NCBI GenBank assembly: GCA_002269645.1
Contig: NIVC01000449.1
Coordinates: 248,001 to 312,000 of the forward strand
Direction: 5' to 3'
DNA length: 64,000 nucleotides
From: Macrostomum lignano
Lineage: Eukaryota
Shown in pieces: positions 47,905 to 61,339 of the stretch; position 1 is the stretch's first letter; every line of letters starts with the position of its first letter. The translations under genes and the position numbers were made by a program. The notes under the pieces are model-generated. The model made no database searches. It worked only from the letters and a program-made list of their open reading frames with translations, and was not told the origin of the DNA.

Positions 47905-48019
47905 GCTGTTTCTATTGGCAATACAATACACACGTAAGTTGCTATTGGCTAAGAGCAGTCACGTGACTATTATTCCATCCAACAGCGACTTACATGTGTG
48001 TGTTGCCAATAGAAATGGC
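47905..48019. repeat. About 115-bp imperfect palindrome with central AGTCACGTGACT
   Basis: Arms of about 43 bp (TTTCTATTGGCAA...GTAAGT.GCT.TTGG) in inverted orientation. Confidence 0.8.
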
Positions 48020-48149
48020 TGAGTGAATCCCATGTCAAATATATACATGACTACATGTTGAACATAAAAGAGCCACTATGTCAAACATAGAAGAGCCAAC
48101 CATGTCAAACATTATGGAGCCACTATAAAGCTGAGGATATTATTGTACT

Positions 48150-48779
48150 AGCTACTTCTTGTCTTGGTGGATTCTTGCTATTTAAGGAGAGATTATTGCT
48201 ATCAAGGGGATGCTTGCTATTAGAAGAATGTTTGCAATCTGGGGTAATTGGCTATTGGATGATGCTTGGATAGAGAGTACTTGCTATCTGAGAGGGGGTT
48301 GCTATAGCTATCTATAAGGATTTTTTGTATCTAGGGATGCCTGTTATCTAGGGGATGCTTGCTATCAGGGGATATTTGCTATCTGGTAGATGTTTGCTAT
48401 ATGGGGTTGCTTGCTATCTAGGGGATTCTTGCTATCTAAGGCCTGAGAGATGCTTGCATGCTGTCTAGGGATGCTTGATTTTGGGGAGGCAAGAAGCCTA
48501 CTCTTGGAGGAAGGGGGGGTACATGCTATATTGGGAGGGGTTGCTATCTGGGTGATGCTTGCTATCTGGGAGATGCTTCTTGTTATTGTATTTAGGGTGC
48601 TTGCTATTATATTTGGATAGGGTGCTTGCTATTTGAGGGATGCTTGCTGTCTTGAGATGATTTATTTTTAGAGAGAATGTCTGTTGTCTTTGTGAAGGCT
48701 TTATTTTCCTGTCTTTGTTACTTGTAGAGAACAAAAATTCTATCTAGATGTCCCCCCATTAGGGGGCAAAAATTGCTAG
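48150..48779 (+). mobile_element. Non-autonomous Helitron, 3' portion
   Basis: 18-bp GATGCTTGCTATCT array, then GC hairpin CCCCCCATTAGGGGG, spacer and CTAG|T terminus at 48776-48780. Confidence 0.7.
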
Positions 48780-48786
48780 TTATAAA

Positions 48787-50187
48787 TCTAATATACAAAA
48801 AATAAAAAAATTGCTTGCTTGCTTGCTTGTCCATATACTAAAAATGGTCTGTCTATGTCTATCTATCTGTGATTGATTAGAGAAAAATGGCTCAACTAAT
48901 TTTCTTCAAACTTGCACCATTTGATCAGAAATTTTCCCGTGATGGTATATGCATTATGGCTAAGAAATTGCTCAATGTTAAAACTATCAAATATTAAATA
49001 AACATGCTTTTTTGCAAAGGTCAAGCAGCTCTTTTGACTTCAAATACATTTTAAGATTGCTCAAAAATAAATTGACTAGTTGAATTCTGATTCTAAAATA
49101 GATTGCATCATACTAGGCTTTTATTAATTTAGTCTGTGTACTGGCTAAATTTTAATACTGAATTGAATTGCATTGCAATATTAAAAATTCAGTATGGAAG
49201 CTTTGCACAAGGCTTGATTTATATTGCAGAACTATATTATTAACTATAATAGAGACTAGTATTGACTTGCCTGAGAAATTGATTAATGTCATCAACTAAA
49301 TTGGTGTAAGTGTTGAATTATAAATGCTATAAATTCATTTACAAATTCAATGACAGCTAGCCTAGATATAAATAGACTGAACTGCTAATGCAGCAACCTA
49401 GGTTTAAATCTTAGTAAATATAATTTTTTTATTGAAAGCATTTAATAATAGACTAATTAAAAAGACACAGATTATTGCACTTCATAAGCCAAGGATTATT
49501 GCACTTGATAAGTAAATGATTATTGCACTTGATGAGTAAATGATTATTGTACTAGTCTAGATTAAAAGATTCATTATGCTGCCTAATATATGGTTTATTG
49601 CACAACCAAAAAAAGCAATTATTATAATAAAAATATTTGCATTAGCTACTTGTCTGGTAGATGCTTGCTATTGTATCTGGGGGATGCTTGAACTGATATA
49701 TTTGGAAGTGGGTGCTTAGTATTGGGGGGAAGCTTGTTCTCTAGCAAGAGGGGGGGTACTTGCTATTTGGTATAGAGGGGTACTAGCTATATGTATCTAT
49801 ATTTATGGGATTATTTCTATCCAAAGATGCTTACTATTTAGAGATACTTTGTATCTATAGGATGCTTCCTATCTGGGAGATGCCTGCTATCTGGGAGATG
49901 CTTGCTATCTGGAAAATACTTGCTATAAAGAGGAGGGATGCTTGCTTTCTGGGGGGTACTTGCTATCTGCAGGAGGCTTTCTATCTTGGGGATATTTTAT
50001 ATTTAGGGAGAATGTCTATTATCTTTGTGAAAGCTTTGTCTGTCAATTTTAATAAAAAAAGATTTATAGAAAACATCTTTGTCCGTGACAATTTTACTTG
50101 AATAAGATGATTTTTAAAACTGAAAAAAGAATTGGTTTTTAAGAGAATGTGCTTATTTGGCACCCTGAAAGGGTACTAGATTGCTAG
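48787..50187 (+). mobile_element. Non-autonomous Helitron, about 1.4 kb, head-to-tail with the previous copy
   Basis: 5' A|TC start followed by (GCTT)n and GGCTCAACTAATTTT..AAACTT; internal 18-bp array; 3' hairpin ACCCTGAAAGGGT and CTAG at 50184-50187. Confidence 0.65.
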
Positions 50188-51931
50188 ATTTTTTCTGAAA
50201 CAAATGTAAATAGACCTATATTTTATAATATATATTTGCTTTTATTTTATTTTATGTAATTATATTACAAATATATTGATTTAAAAAAAACAGAATTTTT
50301 ATTTATATTTTCTTTTGTATACATATTGACATCTACCATTGTCAAAAAGATGGCCTTTTTTTGACAAAAAAATTATTGCACAAAATGGGGTTAGACATAT
50401 ACTCCACTAGCCCATTCCAATGCAATAGGAAAATCCTAGGGGGAAAATCCAGCTTAGTGCAACACAAGACAAAAGAGTTGCCGCAATTTATTGCAAGGCA
50501 AAAACTTTTGGCAAGACTATTTTTACAAATGGAAAATTAGCATGTAATTTCTTTTTATTAGCAAATTTTTTTTCACTAGTATATTGATGGCTTTTTAAAA
50601 TTAAAATATATTACCATTGCATTTTTCTATGAAACAGATTCAAATATAAGTTTTAAGGGTATCACAGATATTAAAATAACTTAATAGGTCTCTCTGGCAT
50701 ATACTTAGCAAAACAGCTTTCTACTTTCAGTTCAATAGCATAGAAGAATATATAAGTTATTTTATGAAAACAAAGGTAGCTAAAACAACTTTAATAAGTT
50801 TAGAAGCCCAATGCTTGCAGGTGAAAACAACTTCCTAAATGGTTCAGCAATAATGTACACTGGCCAGTCCACTGAAATGTACATAGTAGCTTTAGACTAG
50901 AATTCTATGAAAAGCAATCAAATTGGGGCAGGGCAGGCAGAAAGTAGTATAGAAAGGTGTGGTTGGAGGGTTTAGGCTAGAGGAGGGGGATAAGAGCCAA
51001 TAAATGAGCCTTGGCTTTAAAAATGCATTAAAATGCTTTGGTTTAACTTACTACGGAACTGAAAGTAGCTTGCATGCAAATGTGCTGAGTGACCCATCTA
51101 GTTTTTCTAGAATGGCTGGTATAAATATTGATTTTTGTGTTTCTTTTAAAAAAGTTTTAACACAACAGAAGCAAACTTTTTTGATAAGATTTATTCTGGC
51201 ATAGGCAAGTCATGATTTTGACTATAAAACATCCATAGTTTGGATGGTGTATTAGTATATGCCAGCTCCAGTGAGGGATACAAGTAGAGGACCTCATTTG
51301 TATGCTAGGGCATGGGACTAAAAAATGTGCCACTCATCAGTGTTTCTACTGTTATATATGCTAGGATGTATATAGATGTATACTAAAAATAGCAAGTAGC
51401 CTTGTTATATGCCAGGAAATCCGAGCATATATGTTGCCTTCCAAACTAAAGATTGGCATGTCATAATACCTTTATTGAATTCCTTATCTCTAAGGTCTTA
51501 GTTTCTAAAATTAAATTTGTTGCTTGCCTATTAGGCCTACAAATATAAACTTTGGTATGATTAATTTGTTTTTAAAAGCCTATATCATAAAGTTTTATTG
51601 GGATATAGTTAGAGTTCTATAGGAAGTTACAGATATGGAGGTTTTTTGGCAAAGTATATGGGTACTGAAATAGTTCTAGGAATATATTTCCTATATCTAG
51701 TTCCTGTATCTAGTAATACCACTCAACTGGGACCATTGGAGCTATTGATTCGATGGGTGTAAGATAATAGAAATAAATGAATGTTGCTAGTTTCAAAGTG
51801 AGGAGAATCCTTAAGTCCTTGGAATTTAGGACTTAAGCATCAACATAGATTTTTAATGCCATGTCCACATTGTGATTGGGTGGTAAAGGCTAAAGTTAAG
51901 ATGAACATTTTATCACTTTCAAAGAGCTCTA

Positions 51932-52717
51932 GGCTCATTCCATATAAGCATGGTCGTAACATGACAGGTTATTTTTACTTATAAAATGAAATCTAATAAT
52001 AGAATATACTAAACCAATATTTTAAATGAAAGATTATTTTGTCTAGAATATATTTATAGAGTTTCATATAGATATCATCATTAGTATAGATGCTATTAAA
52101 CCTTAAATGAAACTTATGGTCGTAACGACAGGATTTTTGACATATAGAAACTAAAAGGTAAAAGTCTTATAACATTTTTCATTTTTGATATTTTGCAATA
52201 CATTTTTAAAATTTGACTAAGAACATCTTTAGAAATCATACTCTTTTATTAGAATATATAAACTCAAAAGGCAACAAAGATACAAAAGAAAAGGCAGCCT
52301 TATGGTCGTAACATTATGGTCGTAACATATTTTTTTCTGTCAATTCAATAATTTTGAGGTACTAATACATTAAAAATATAATAGATTATTTGGTCACCAA
52401 TGCTTTTATCTGATGATGCAAGTACTATACTTTTATCTATAGTTTGTTTCAACCTTCAAAAGCTTTCTATTTGTTTTTAAAAGGTACAAAATCTTAATGA
52501 TGTCTTTTGCTTCGAAAAATGTCCAAATTTTTACAAAAATGACTTTTTGCCAATTGATAACATACTAATCCAACATTTTACCATTCCTTTATTCTTAGAT
52601 TGTATATATTGCACAATATAAACATTTGGTAAAAAAATAGGCTAATTAGGCAATGGCAAGCAAAAATATTGACTTTTTTCTATTTTCCAAATATGTCCAT
52701 CTTATATGGAATGAGCC
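51932..52717. mobile_element. MITE with 21-bp TIRs and 4-bp TSD TCTA
   Basis: GGCTCATTCCATATAAG(C)ATGG ... CCATCTTATATGGAATGAGCC; TCTA on both flanks; internal ATGGTCGTAAC repeats. Confidence 0.8.
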
Positions 52718-53395
52718 TCTAGGTCTTTGCAAAGATTTGGAGACTTAAGCAACAGAGAGTTTTGATGCCACTAGACTGTTGCATACTCCAAATGCTGTAC
52801 ATATCATGGCTACATGTGCAGTATTCAGCTGTCTCTCTAAGGTATCTATCAGGGTCCAGGCCTTGGCATTGTATAACAGTTATAGAAAGTTTACTAGCTA
52901 TAGATACAGATATGGACATAGATAGGCTACAGGAAAAATTTTGAAATATGGCTATAGATATAGATATAGGAAAAATTTCGTTATAGAAGAACTTTAGATA
53001 GAAAGATTAAAAAGATTTAAAATGCCAATACAAATATTAATATATGCAACAAATTTTGTAAAAACTAGCATCTCTAAACAAAAACTTTTAATCAATATTG
53101 TAGATATTTTTTCTGTTTTCAACATGTTTCAATTGATATGGGTCATTTTGATGTACCAAATTAATTTTTTGCAAATAAAACTATATAAAATTAAATAGAC
53201 AATTGTTAAAAAGTGGACCTGATGAATAGTTAAATAGGTTGAAATGTCAATGTACAGTTTAGAGTAAAATGAGCTAGGGGCTAATGAGCAAATTGGAGAC
53301 AGAGTCCATTCCTAGATCCAAATAGAGTGCAGTCTTTAAAACACACTTAAAAGATGCCCACACTACTATATATAAGTTATATATTTGTTTAGTAG

Positions 53396-54325
53396 GTAGG
53401 TTGCATTGACACAAGTTTGCTGTCATTTGAAAGTGGCTAGTCTCTTTAAAATGACTCAAACTGCAATCTATTTGGATTTGTATTTCAAGAGATATATAAA
53501 CTTAAGTAGAGGAAGATCTGCCATAGACTTACAGAAGCTCAAATATCTACTAAAATTAGCATTCTTCTTAGTGGCAATCAATATTTATTGCATGCATGAG
53601 TTGTTTCAAAGTTGAAATTGTGACACAGTGAAAAGCTCTCTCAAGACTATAGCTGCACCAGTTAAGCAGAAAAAATTCAGTTGCTTAATTTTCATCTGTC
53701 AATTGTCAAATGAACAGTCATTCAAGGACTGGGCAGTAGCATGACATCTTTACACTTTGGGGCTCCAGGTACAAAACAGCTGGTACTCACAAGTAACTTG
53801 GCACTGCGCATAGTGACCATTCCATCAGCATAATGACTGTGAACAGGTGGGTGAATGAGTTCAAGGGTGAAAGAACTGATGTTAAGCAACATGCCAAGGT
53901 AAGGACACCATGAGATCCATGACAGCAGTGGCTTAGTGGATCCCATTCTCAACTTGATCAATGAAGACTACTGCCAAAGCATCTGTGAAATACCCCATTG
54001 ATTGATTGCTTGAAGTCCACAGTTTACAAGTGTCTGCAGAAGATTAATCATGTCAAACTGAGTGCTTGCTGGGTTTCTTGATAGCTCACTGAGGACATAA
54101 AGCTGGGTCATCTGTCCAGATAGCTTGTGTGTCTGTAAGTCTATGACCAATGTTCCTCTACTTAAGTGCACATATCTCTTGAAATACAAATCCAGATTGA
54201 TTGCAGCTTAAGTAATTTTAAATAAGAGAATTGCCACTTTCAAATAACACCAAACTTGTGTCAATCCAACTTACCAAATGTCTGCTACAAGTGAAAGTAA
54301 CACTATTTTTTGGACACCCCTTGTA
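53396..54325. mobile_element. Foldback/MITE-like element with about 160-bp inverted arms and a Tc1/mariner-like right end
   Basis: 53396-53550 is the reverse complement of 54115-54275; right end TTTTGGACACCCCTTG|TA. Confidence 0.6.
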
Positions 54326-55019
54326 GAATTGTACAAATGGACACCCCTTGTACAAATAAGCAACTCATTCAACTCTTAAAGTTATTTCCAAAGGTCTGAG
54401 TAGTTATATATTTGAACCAATATGATATGGAGCAGTAAATGGTTATCTATATTCTAGAGCAAAAATTGCTTCTTTATATAGCCAATATTTTACATATATT
54501 TATAACAAAAAATAATTAGGCTATCTATTTGTACAGTAAAACAAAAGAAAACTTGATTAGGTGTCTTGCACAGATTTGGTTTCTGAAAAAATGAGTAGAA
54601 TATTAGTGCTACTTCAATACAATAGTTAAATGTCATCATTTAAAATTAAGCAAGTTTAACTATTTTTTTTTCTTTTACCAAAATGATAAGTTCATTTTTT
54701 GCTGTTCTTGTAGTTTCCTGCTATATTTTCTATAAAGAAGTATGTTTTAATATTAATTTACACTTGATTCTATATGGAAAACTTAAGTCTAATGTATCAT
54801 ATCTATAAAGATTCCTCTGTCAACTATGTTAAAATTGCATCTTTGCAAGGTTACTGGTAACATTAATTTGAGTTTATATTTAATATTTTTGTGTAAACCT
54901 ATTTCACAGGGCTGGTCGGTTTCGTTGCAAAACAGTTGGCTGATTGATTGATTAGTTTGCCTGCTTGCGAGCGAAAGGAGAACTCTACTTACTATTTGAA
55001 TTACAATCGGCTATTGAAC

Positions 55020-58000
55020 ATGTACAACAGCGGCAGAGATGCCAGAGATGGCGACTCGGTCAATGCCGAGAAAGAGATTGCTTCTAGGAATGTGCAGGTA
55101 ATAAATAGAGTTATGAATATTTTTAAATATCTATTATTGGCCTAACAGAGTGTACCTTCGCGATCATAGTAATTCAGGGCTCTCATCTTGATCTGCAGCT
55201 TGACGTTATTGAAGTTTCATTAAAATTGATTGAAAAAACCTGTCAGACTCCTCGTTTACAGATGACTCATATTTGGCAGATATAATATAGAGTTGGGATC
55301 GGGACCTGACAGTTTTGAGATTGGAATCGGGATTCTAGTGATCTGGATTGGGATCAGGATTACACTTACGTTGGGATTAAAACTGGAATCGGGATTACAT
55401 TTGGAATGGAGATTGGGATCGGGGTTACATTTGGGATCAGGATTACATTTGGGATGGGGATTACATTTGGGATCGGAATTACATTTGGGATCAGGATTAC
55501 ATTTGGGATCGGGATTAAATTTGGGATCGGGATTAAATTAGGGATCAGGATTACATTTGGGATCGGATTACCATTGGGATCGAGATTACAATTGGAATGG
55601 GGATTTTAGAAAACAGATTCCGGGATTTCAGTATCAGGAAGAATAGATATCCCAATTTTAACCTCTAATCTCGCACCTGCTACCTTAATAACCCGCCGCC
55701 GCAGGTGCAAGCCAAGCGGTTCTATCTGGACGTGAAGCAGAATCGTAGGGGCCGATTTCTGAAAATAGCCGAAGTTGGGGCCAGCGGGCAGAAGAGCCGA
55801 ATCCTGATGGGCATGAGCACTACAACAGAGTTTCGGGAGAAGCTGGACGAGCTGATCAAATATCACAAGCAGACGGATTCTGGCGCCACAGATGGAGGCG
55901 ATCAGCAGGCTTTCAAATTTCGATCGGAGACCATCGTCCGTGAGAACCGGCGCTACTTTCTCGACCTGAAAGAGAATCAGCGCGGCAAATTTCTGCGCAT
56001 CGCTCAGCAGGTGTCGCCGTCTGGGATGCGCAACCAGATTGCCGTGCCTGTACAGGGCCTTGAGGACATGCGAGACCGTCTGGTGGAGCTCATGGAGGAG
56101 TGCGGCACTGATGATATGGCTGGTGAGGGAGGGAGGGAAATCTGCTAAACCGAAGTTCAATTAATTTTCACTTCATTAAAGTCTGGCAAACCTTAGACTA
56201 CAAAGATGGTTAAATTTCGGTTCAGCGCTTGATTTAAGAAAATATTTGAAAGAAAAGTTTCTATTGTATTATGAGTAGTAAGCTGAAAATTCTCGAGACT
56301 GTGTATACATCAAGTTGCTCACTAAAAGTTTTCTTTTGGCCTAAAGCCTGATTTGATATACTAATTAATTTTAGAAATAGTTATCATTTGAAGGCCATTT
56401 AAAGGATTTTTTGTTTTCTTAAAAATATTGTGTCTTCACCTTTTTTAAAAATTAATACGTATCGTGCATTTTGTTATTTAACAATTGTTACGTTGCTAAT
56501 TTCCAAGAATCACTTTGCCAGTCTCCAACAATCACATTGCCATTTTCCAAGAATCGTATTGTCGTTTTCCAAGAATTACATTACCATTTTTTAAGAATCA
56601 CATTGCTGTTTTCCAAGAATCACATTGCTGTTTTCCAAGAATCGCATTGCCAGTTTCCAAGAATCGCATTGCTGTTTTCCAAGAATCGCATTGGCAGTTT
56701 CCAAGAATCGCATTGGCAGTTTCCAAGAATCGCATTGCCAGTTTCCAAGAATCGCATTGGCAGTTTCCAAGAACCACATTGCTGTTTTCCAAGAATCGCA
56801 TTGGCAGTTTCCAAGAATCGCATTGCCAGTTTCCAAGAATCGCATTGCCAGTTTCCAAGAACCACATTGCTGTTTTCCAAGAATCGCATTGGCAGTATCC
56901 AAGAATCGCATTGCCAGTTTCCAAGAATCGCATTGCCAGTTTCCAAGAATCGCATTGCCAGTTTCCAAGAATCGCATTGCCAGTTTCCAAGAATCGCATT
57001 GCCAGTTTCCAAGAATCGCATTGCCAGTTTCCAAGAATCGCATTGCCAGTTTCCAAGAATCGCATTGCCAGTTTCCAAGAATCGCATTGCCAGTTTCCAA
57101 GAACCACTGCTGTTTTCCAAGAATCGCATTGGCAGTTTCCAAGAATCGCATTGCTGTTTTCCAAGAATCGCATTGGCAGTTTCCAAGAATCGCATTGCTG
57201 TTTTCCAAGAATCGCATTGGCAGTTTCCAAGAATCGCATTGCCAGTTTCCAGGAATCGCATTGCCAGTTTCCAAGAATCGCATTGGCAGTTTCCAAGAAT
57301 CGCATTGCCAGTTTCCAAGAATCGCATTGGCAGTTTCCAAGAACCACATTGCTGTTTTCCAAGAATCGCATTGGCAGTTTCCAAGAATCGCATTGCTGTT
57401 TTCCAAGAATCGCATTGCCAGTTTCCAAGAATCGCATTGCCAGTTTCCAAGAATCACATTGCCAGTTTCCAAGAATCGCATTGGCAGTTTCCAAGAATCG
57501 CATTGCCAGTTTCCAAGAATCGCATTGCCAGTTTTCAAGAATCGCATTGCCAGTTTCCAAGAATCGCATTGCCAGTTTCCAAGAATCGCATTGCCAGTTT
57601 TCAAGAATCGCATTGCCAGTTTCCAAGAATCACATTGCCAGTTTCCAAGAATCGCATTGCTATTTTCCCAGAATCGCATTGCCAGTTTCCAAGAATCGCA
57701 TTGCCAGTTTCCAAGAATCGCATTGGCAGTTTCCAAGAATCGCATTGCCAGTTTCCAAGAATCGCATTGGCAGTTTCCAAGAATCGCATTGCCAGTTTCC
57801 AAGAATCGCATTGCCAGTTTCCAAGAATCGCATTGCCAGTTTCCAAGAACCACTGCTGTTTTCCAAGAATCGCATTGGCAGTTTCCAAGAATCGCATTGC
57901 TGTTTTCCAAGAATTGCATTGCTGTTTTCCAAGAATCGCATTGGCAGTTTCCAAGAATCGCATTGGCAGTTTCCAAGAATCGTATTGGCAGTTTCCAAGA

Positions 58001-58950
58001 ACCACATTGCTGTTTTCCAAGAATCGCATTGCCAGTTTCCAAGAATCGCATTGCTGTTTTCCAAGAATCGCATTGGCAGTTTCCAAGAACCACATTGCTG
58101 TTTTCCAAGAATCGCATTGGCAGTTTCCAAGAATCGCATTGCTGTTTTCCAAGAATCGCATTGCCAGTTTCCAAGAATCGCATTGCCAGTTTCCAAGAAT
58201 CACATTGCCAGTTTCCAAGAATCGCATTGGCAGTTTCCAAGAATCGCATTGCCAGTTTCCAAGAATCGCATTGCCAGTTTTCAAGAATCGCATTGGCAGT
58301 TTCCAAGAATCGCATTGGCAGTTTCCAAGAATCGCATTGCCAGTTTCCAAGAATCGCATTGCCAGTTTTCAAGAATCGCATTGCCAGTTTCCAAGAATCA
58401 CATTGCCAGTTTCCAAGAATCGCATTGCTATTTTCCCAGAATCGCATTGCTATTTTCCCAGAATCGCATTGCTATTTTCCAAGAATCGCATTGCTATTTT
58501 CCCAGAATCGCATTGCTATTTTCCAAGAATCAAATCTTCAAGATTTTCTAAGAAACATCTGTTTTTTCGAGATTTGCTACCGCTATTTCTAAGAATTGCA
58601 TTCCCGTCTTTTTTTCTAAGATACTCGTCCCCTTTAATATAAACATCCCATTTCTAAGAATTTCACGCCCCCCCTCTCTTTCCCAATCTCCCAAACCCAC
58701 AGAGGGCGTGGAGCGCCTACCCGCCCCGAAATCGCTACGCGTAGACAACAAGATGTTCTACTTTGACGTTGGCGCCAACAGGCGCGGCATGTTCCTGCGC
58801 CTGTCTGAGGTGCGCGCCAACTTCCGTACGGCTGTCACCGTGCCGGAGAAGTCCTGGGCCAGCGTGCGCGACATCCTGGACGAGTACATCGGCAAGATGG
58901 CTGAAGAGAATAAGGAGGACGCCAAGGAGGCTGACGAGAAGGAGCAGTGA
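55020..58950 (+). CDS. PURA: Pur-alpha (purine-rich element binding protein A). Exons 55020-55097, 55705-56122, 58703-58950
   Basis: Three PUR repeats: EIASRNVQ|[25 protein letters not shown]; [22 protein letters not shown]; [28 protein letters not shown] introns in phase. Confidence 0.95.
55400..55600. repeat. Degenerate 18-bp repeat (GGATTACATTTGGGATC.) in PURA intron 1
   Basis: About 10 units. Confidence 0.85.
56495..58535. repeat. 22-bp minisatellite (CCAAGAATCGCATTGCCAGTTT)n in PURA intron 2
   Basis: About 90 units with interspersed GGCAG/CTGTT variants. Confidence 0.97.
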
Positions 58951-60044
58951 CCTTATCACCACTCCGTGCTCTGGGGATTTGGAGAGCACGGAAATTTGGA
59001 AATTTAATTAAATAAACCATAAGCTGCTAATGAATGTTATTGTGTTAAACAGCCTGGTTGATGGGTGACTGAGCTCTGTGCTCAGCTCAACTTATTTATT
59101 TGTGTTTGTTTTGAGACCAATATTTATTATGTCTAACCTTGTTTGTGTGTGGGGGGAAGCTGAATTCAATTAATAATTAATTCGATTGGAGACACTGTAT
59201 TTTAATACACAATCGCTTCCTACTTCTAATTATAAAAAATCAGTTTGTCTGTCTTGTGCTGTGTGTGTATTGTTGTTTCTTCTTCCATCTCAAAAAATGC
59301 CCTTTTCGGTAACTCTCTTATTGTCTCAGCGTTTCCCTTTGTCACTTTTTGTCCCCTGCAGGTACAGAAGCATTCACAGACAGGCACAGGTTTTAACAAA
59401 AAATGTTAGGCTTGTATTTTTCCCCCTTTATCGAATTTTGTTTGTCTAGGAGTGAAGAGATAAACATTGATTAAAAAAAACAATTGCAGCAATTTTTTTC
59501 GCAACCAATCTAACTTTTGGCATTTGTTATAACGCACCCAGTCCTTTATTGTTACTATATTATTATAAACATAATTATTATTGCTATTATGTATTCATAT
59601 GCCCATGTTTATCACACGCAATTATAAGCGGGTATATTTTCAAACTTAATCATAAATCAATGAAGCGGCTTGAGAAGACTCAAAAACTAATGGTACCATC
59701 TTTCTGGTTTCGAATGCTAAACTATTTAATTGTATTTAATGTCTATTTATAAGAAGTCTGTTGAACATCAATTATACAACACTATAAACATATTTAATAA
59801 AATAAACTCATTCTTTGTTTTTTGACAGTCAAGTTTGAGGATAATAAAAAAACCCAGTTACGCCCGGTTTAAAGTTTGAGAAGCCAATCAGCTGGTACGA
59901 ACTTCTCGCGCTGACGGTTGCTTAAAACCGAACTTTAGCGTGAACTGGTTCTGGTTGACTTTGTTTTGGATTGAAAAAAATGTTTCAAAAAATAATTTTT
60001 TCTGTCTTGTTTGATGCCTCTTGCTTATTTTGCAAAAAAATCAG

Positions 60045-60630
60045 TGGTACCTGTCAGACATTGATGTCAGATATCAGTGGTACCTGTCAGACATTGGGTG
60101 TGAGATATCAGTGGTACCTGTCAGACATTGGGTGTGAGATATCAGTGGTACCTGTCAGACATTGGGTGTCAGATATCAGTGGTACCTGTCAGACATTGGG
60201 TGTCAGATATCAGTGGTACCTGTCAGACATTGGGTGTCAGATATCAGTGGTACCTGTCAGACATTGGGTGTCAGATATCAGTGGTACCTGTCAGACATTA
60301 GTGTCAGATATCAGTGGTACCTGTCAGGCATTGGGTGTCAGATATCAGTGGTACCTGTCAGACATTGGGTGTCAGATATCAGTGGTACCTGTCAGACATT
60401 GGGTGTCAGATATCAGTGGTACCTGTCAGACATTAGTGTCAGATATCAGTGGTACCTGTCAGACATTGGGTGTCAGATATCAGTGGTACCTGTCAGGCAT
60501 TGGGTGTCAGATATCAGTGGTACCTGTCAGACATTGGGTGTGAGATATCAGTGGTACCTGTCAGACATTGGGTGTCAGATATCAGTGGTACCTGTCAGGC
60601 ATTGGGTGTCAGATATCAGTGGTACCTGTT
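60045..60630. repeat. 34-bp minisatellite (TCAGATATCAGTGGTACCTGTCAGACATTGGGTG)n
   Basis: About 17 units, some 32-bp variants. Confidence 0.96.
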
Positions 60631-61339
60631 AGGCATTGGATTCAAATGGCAGTGGTACCCGTCAGTTGTCTGTGGGGTGTCTCAGCCTTAAGTGTCGCTT
60701 GTATACTCGTCAGGCACTTTTAGGTAGTTTATGCTTGACCTTTTGTGTTACGCGTAACGTGTAAATTATAAATTAAAGCAAAAAAATACATGTACATGAA
60801 AGCAAGCATGCACTACTATTATCCATCGGTGAGTAAAATATATTATTTGAGCATGAACATTCTAGGTGTACTTTGTATTTTTAGTCATGCTTTTTATTTA
60901 ACTGTGGCGTTCGTTTTATTACATCGCACACAAGCTGTTCTACTTATTTAGCAAACTGCAGTTTAGTAGTGTGTTTGCGCATTTGCTTGATACAGTAGTA
61001 CATGACTTTTAAATGATTTTTTAAATCCTAAATCAAGTTTTCTGCAGACAGAGCAAAAATTTTGTAAAATCGCATTATATAACATACTTAAACCATTAAC
61101 TGCATGCTAAACTGAATGAGCAATGGGCATGTACATTTCATGTGCCAGATGAGTTCAAGAGACTGATCAGATAGAAAAAAATGTAGCTACGGAATTAACA
61201 TGTATTAATTATTAAACACTAAATTTTGCGACACATTATTCGGAAATTACGCGCTTGTACGAGCGTATGATTGATTGATTTTGTTGCAAAACATCATGTT
61301 ATAAAATAATAATAGATTGTAATGCCACTTTAAGATCGC

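Noticed and set aside
49805-54189. Short ORFs in the AT-rich region
   Set aside because: Random open frames within MITE and Helitron remnants, with no domain signal.
56471-58642. Very long ORFs (600-720 aa) in several frames
   Set aside because: They are translations of a stop-free 22-bp minisatellite inside PURA intron 2, not proteins.
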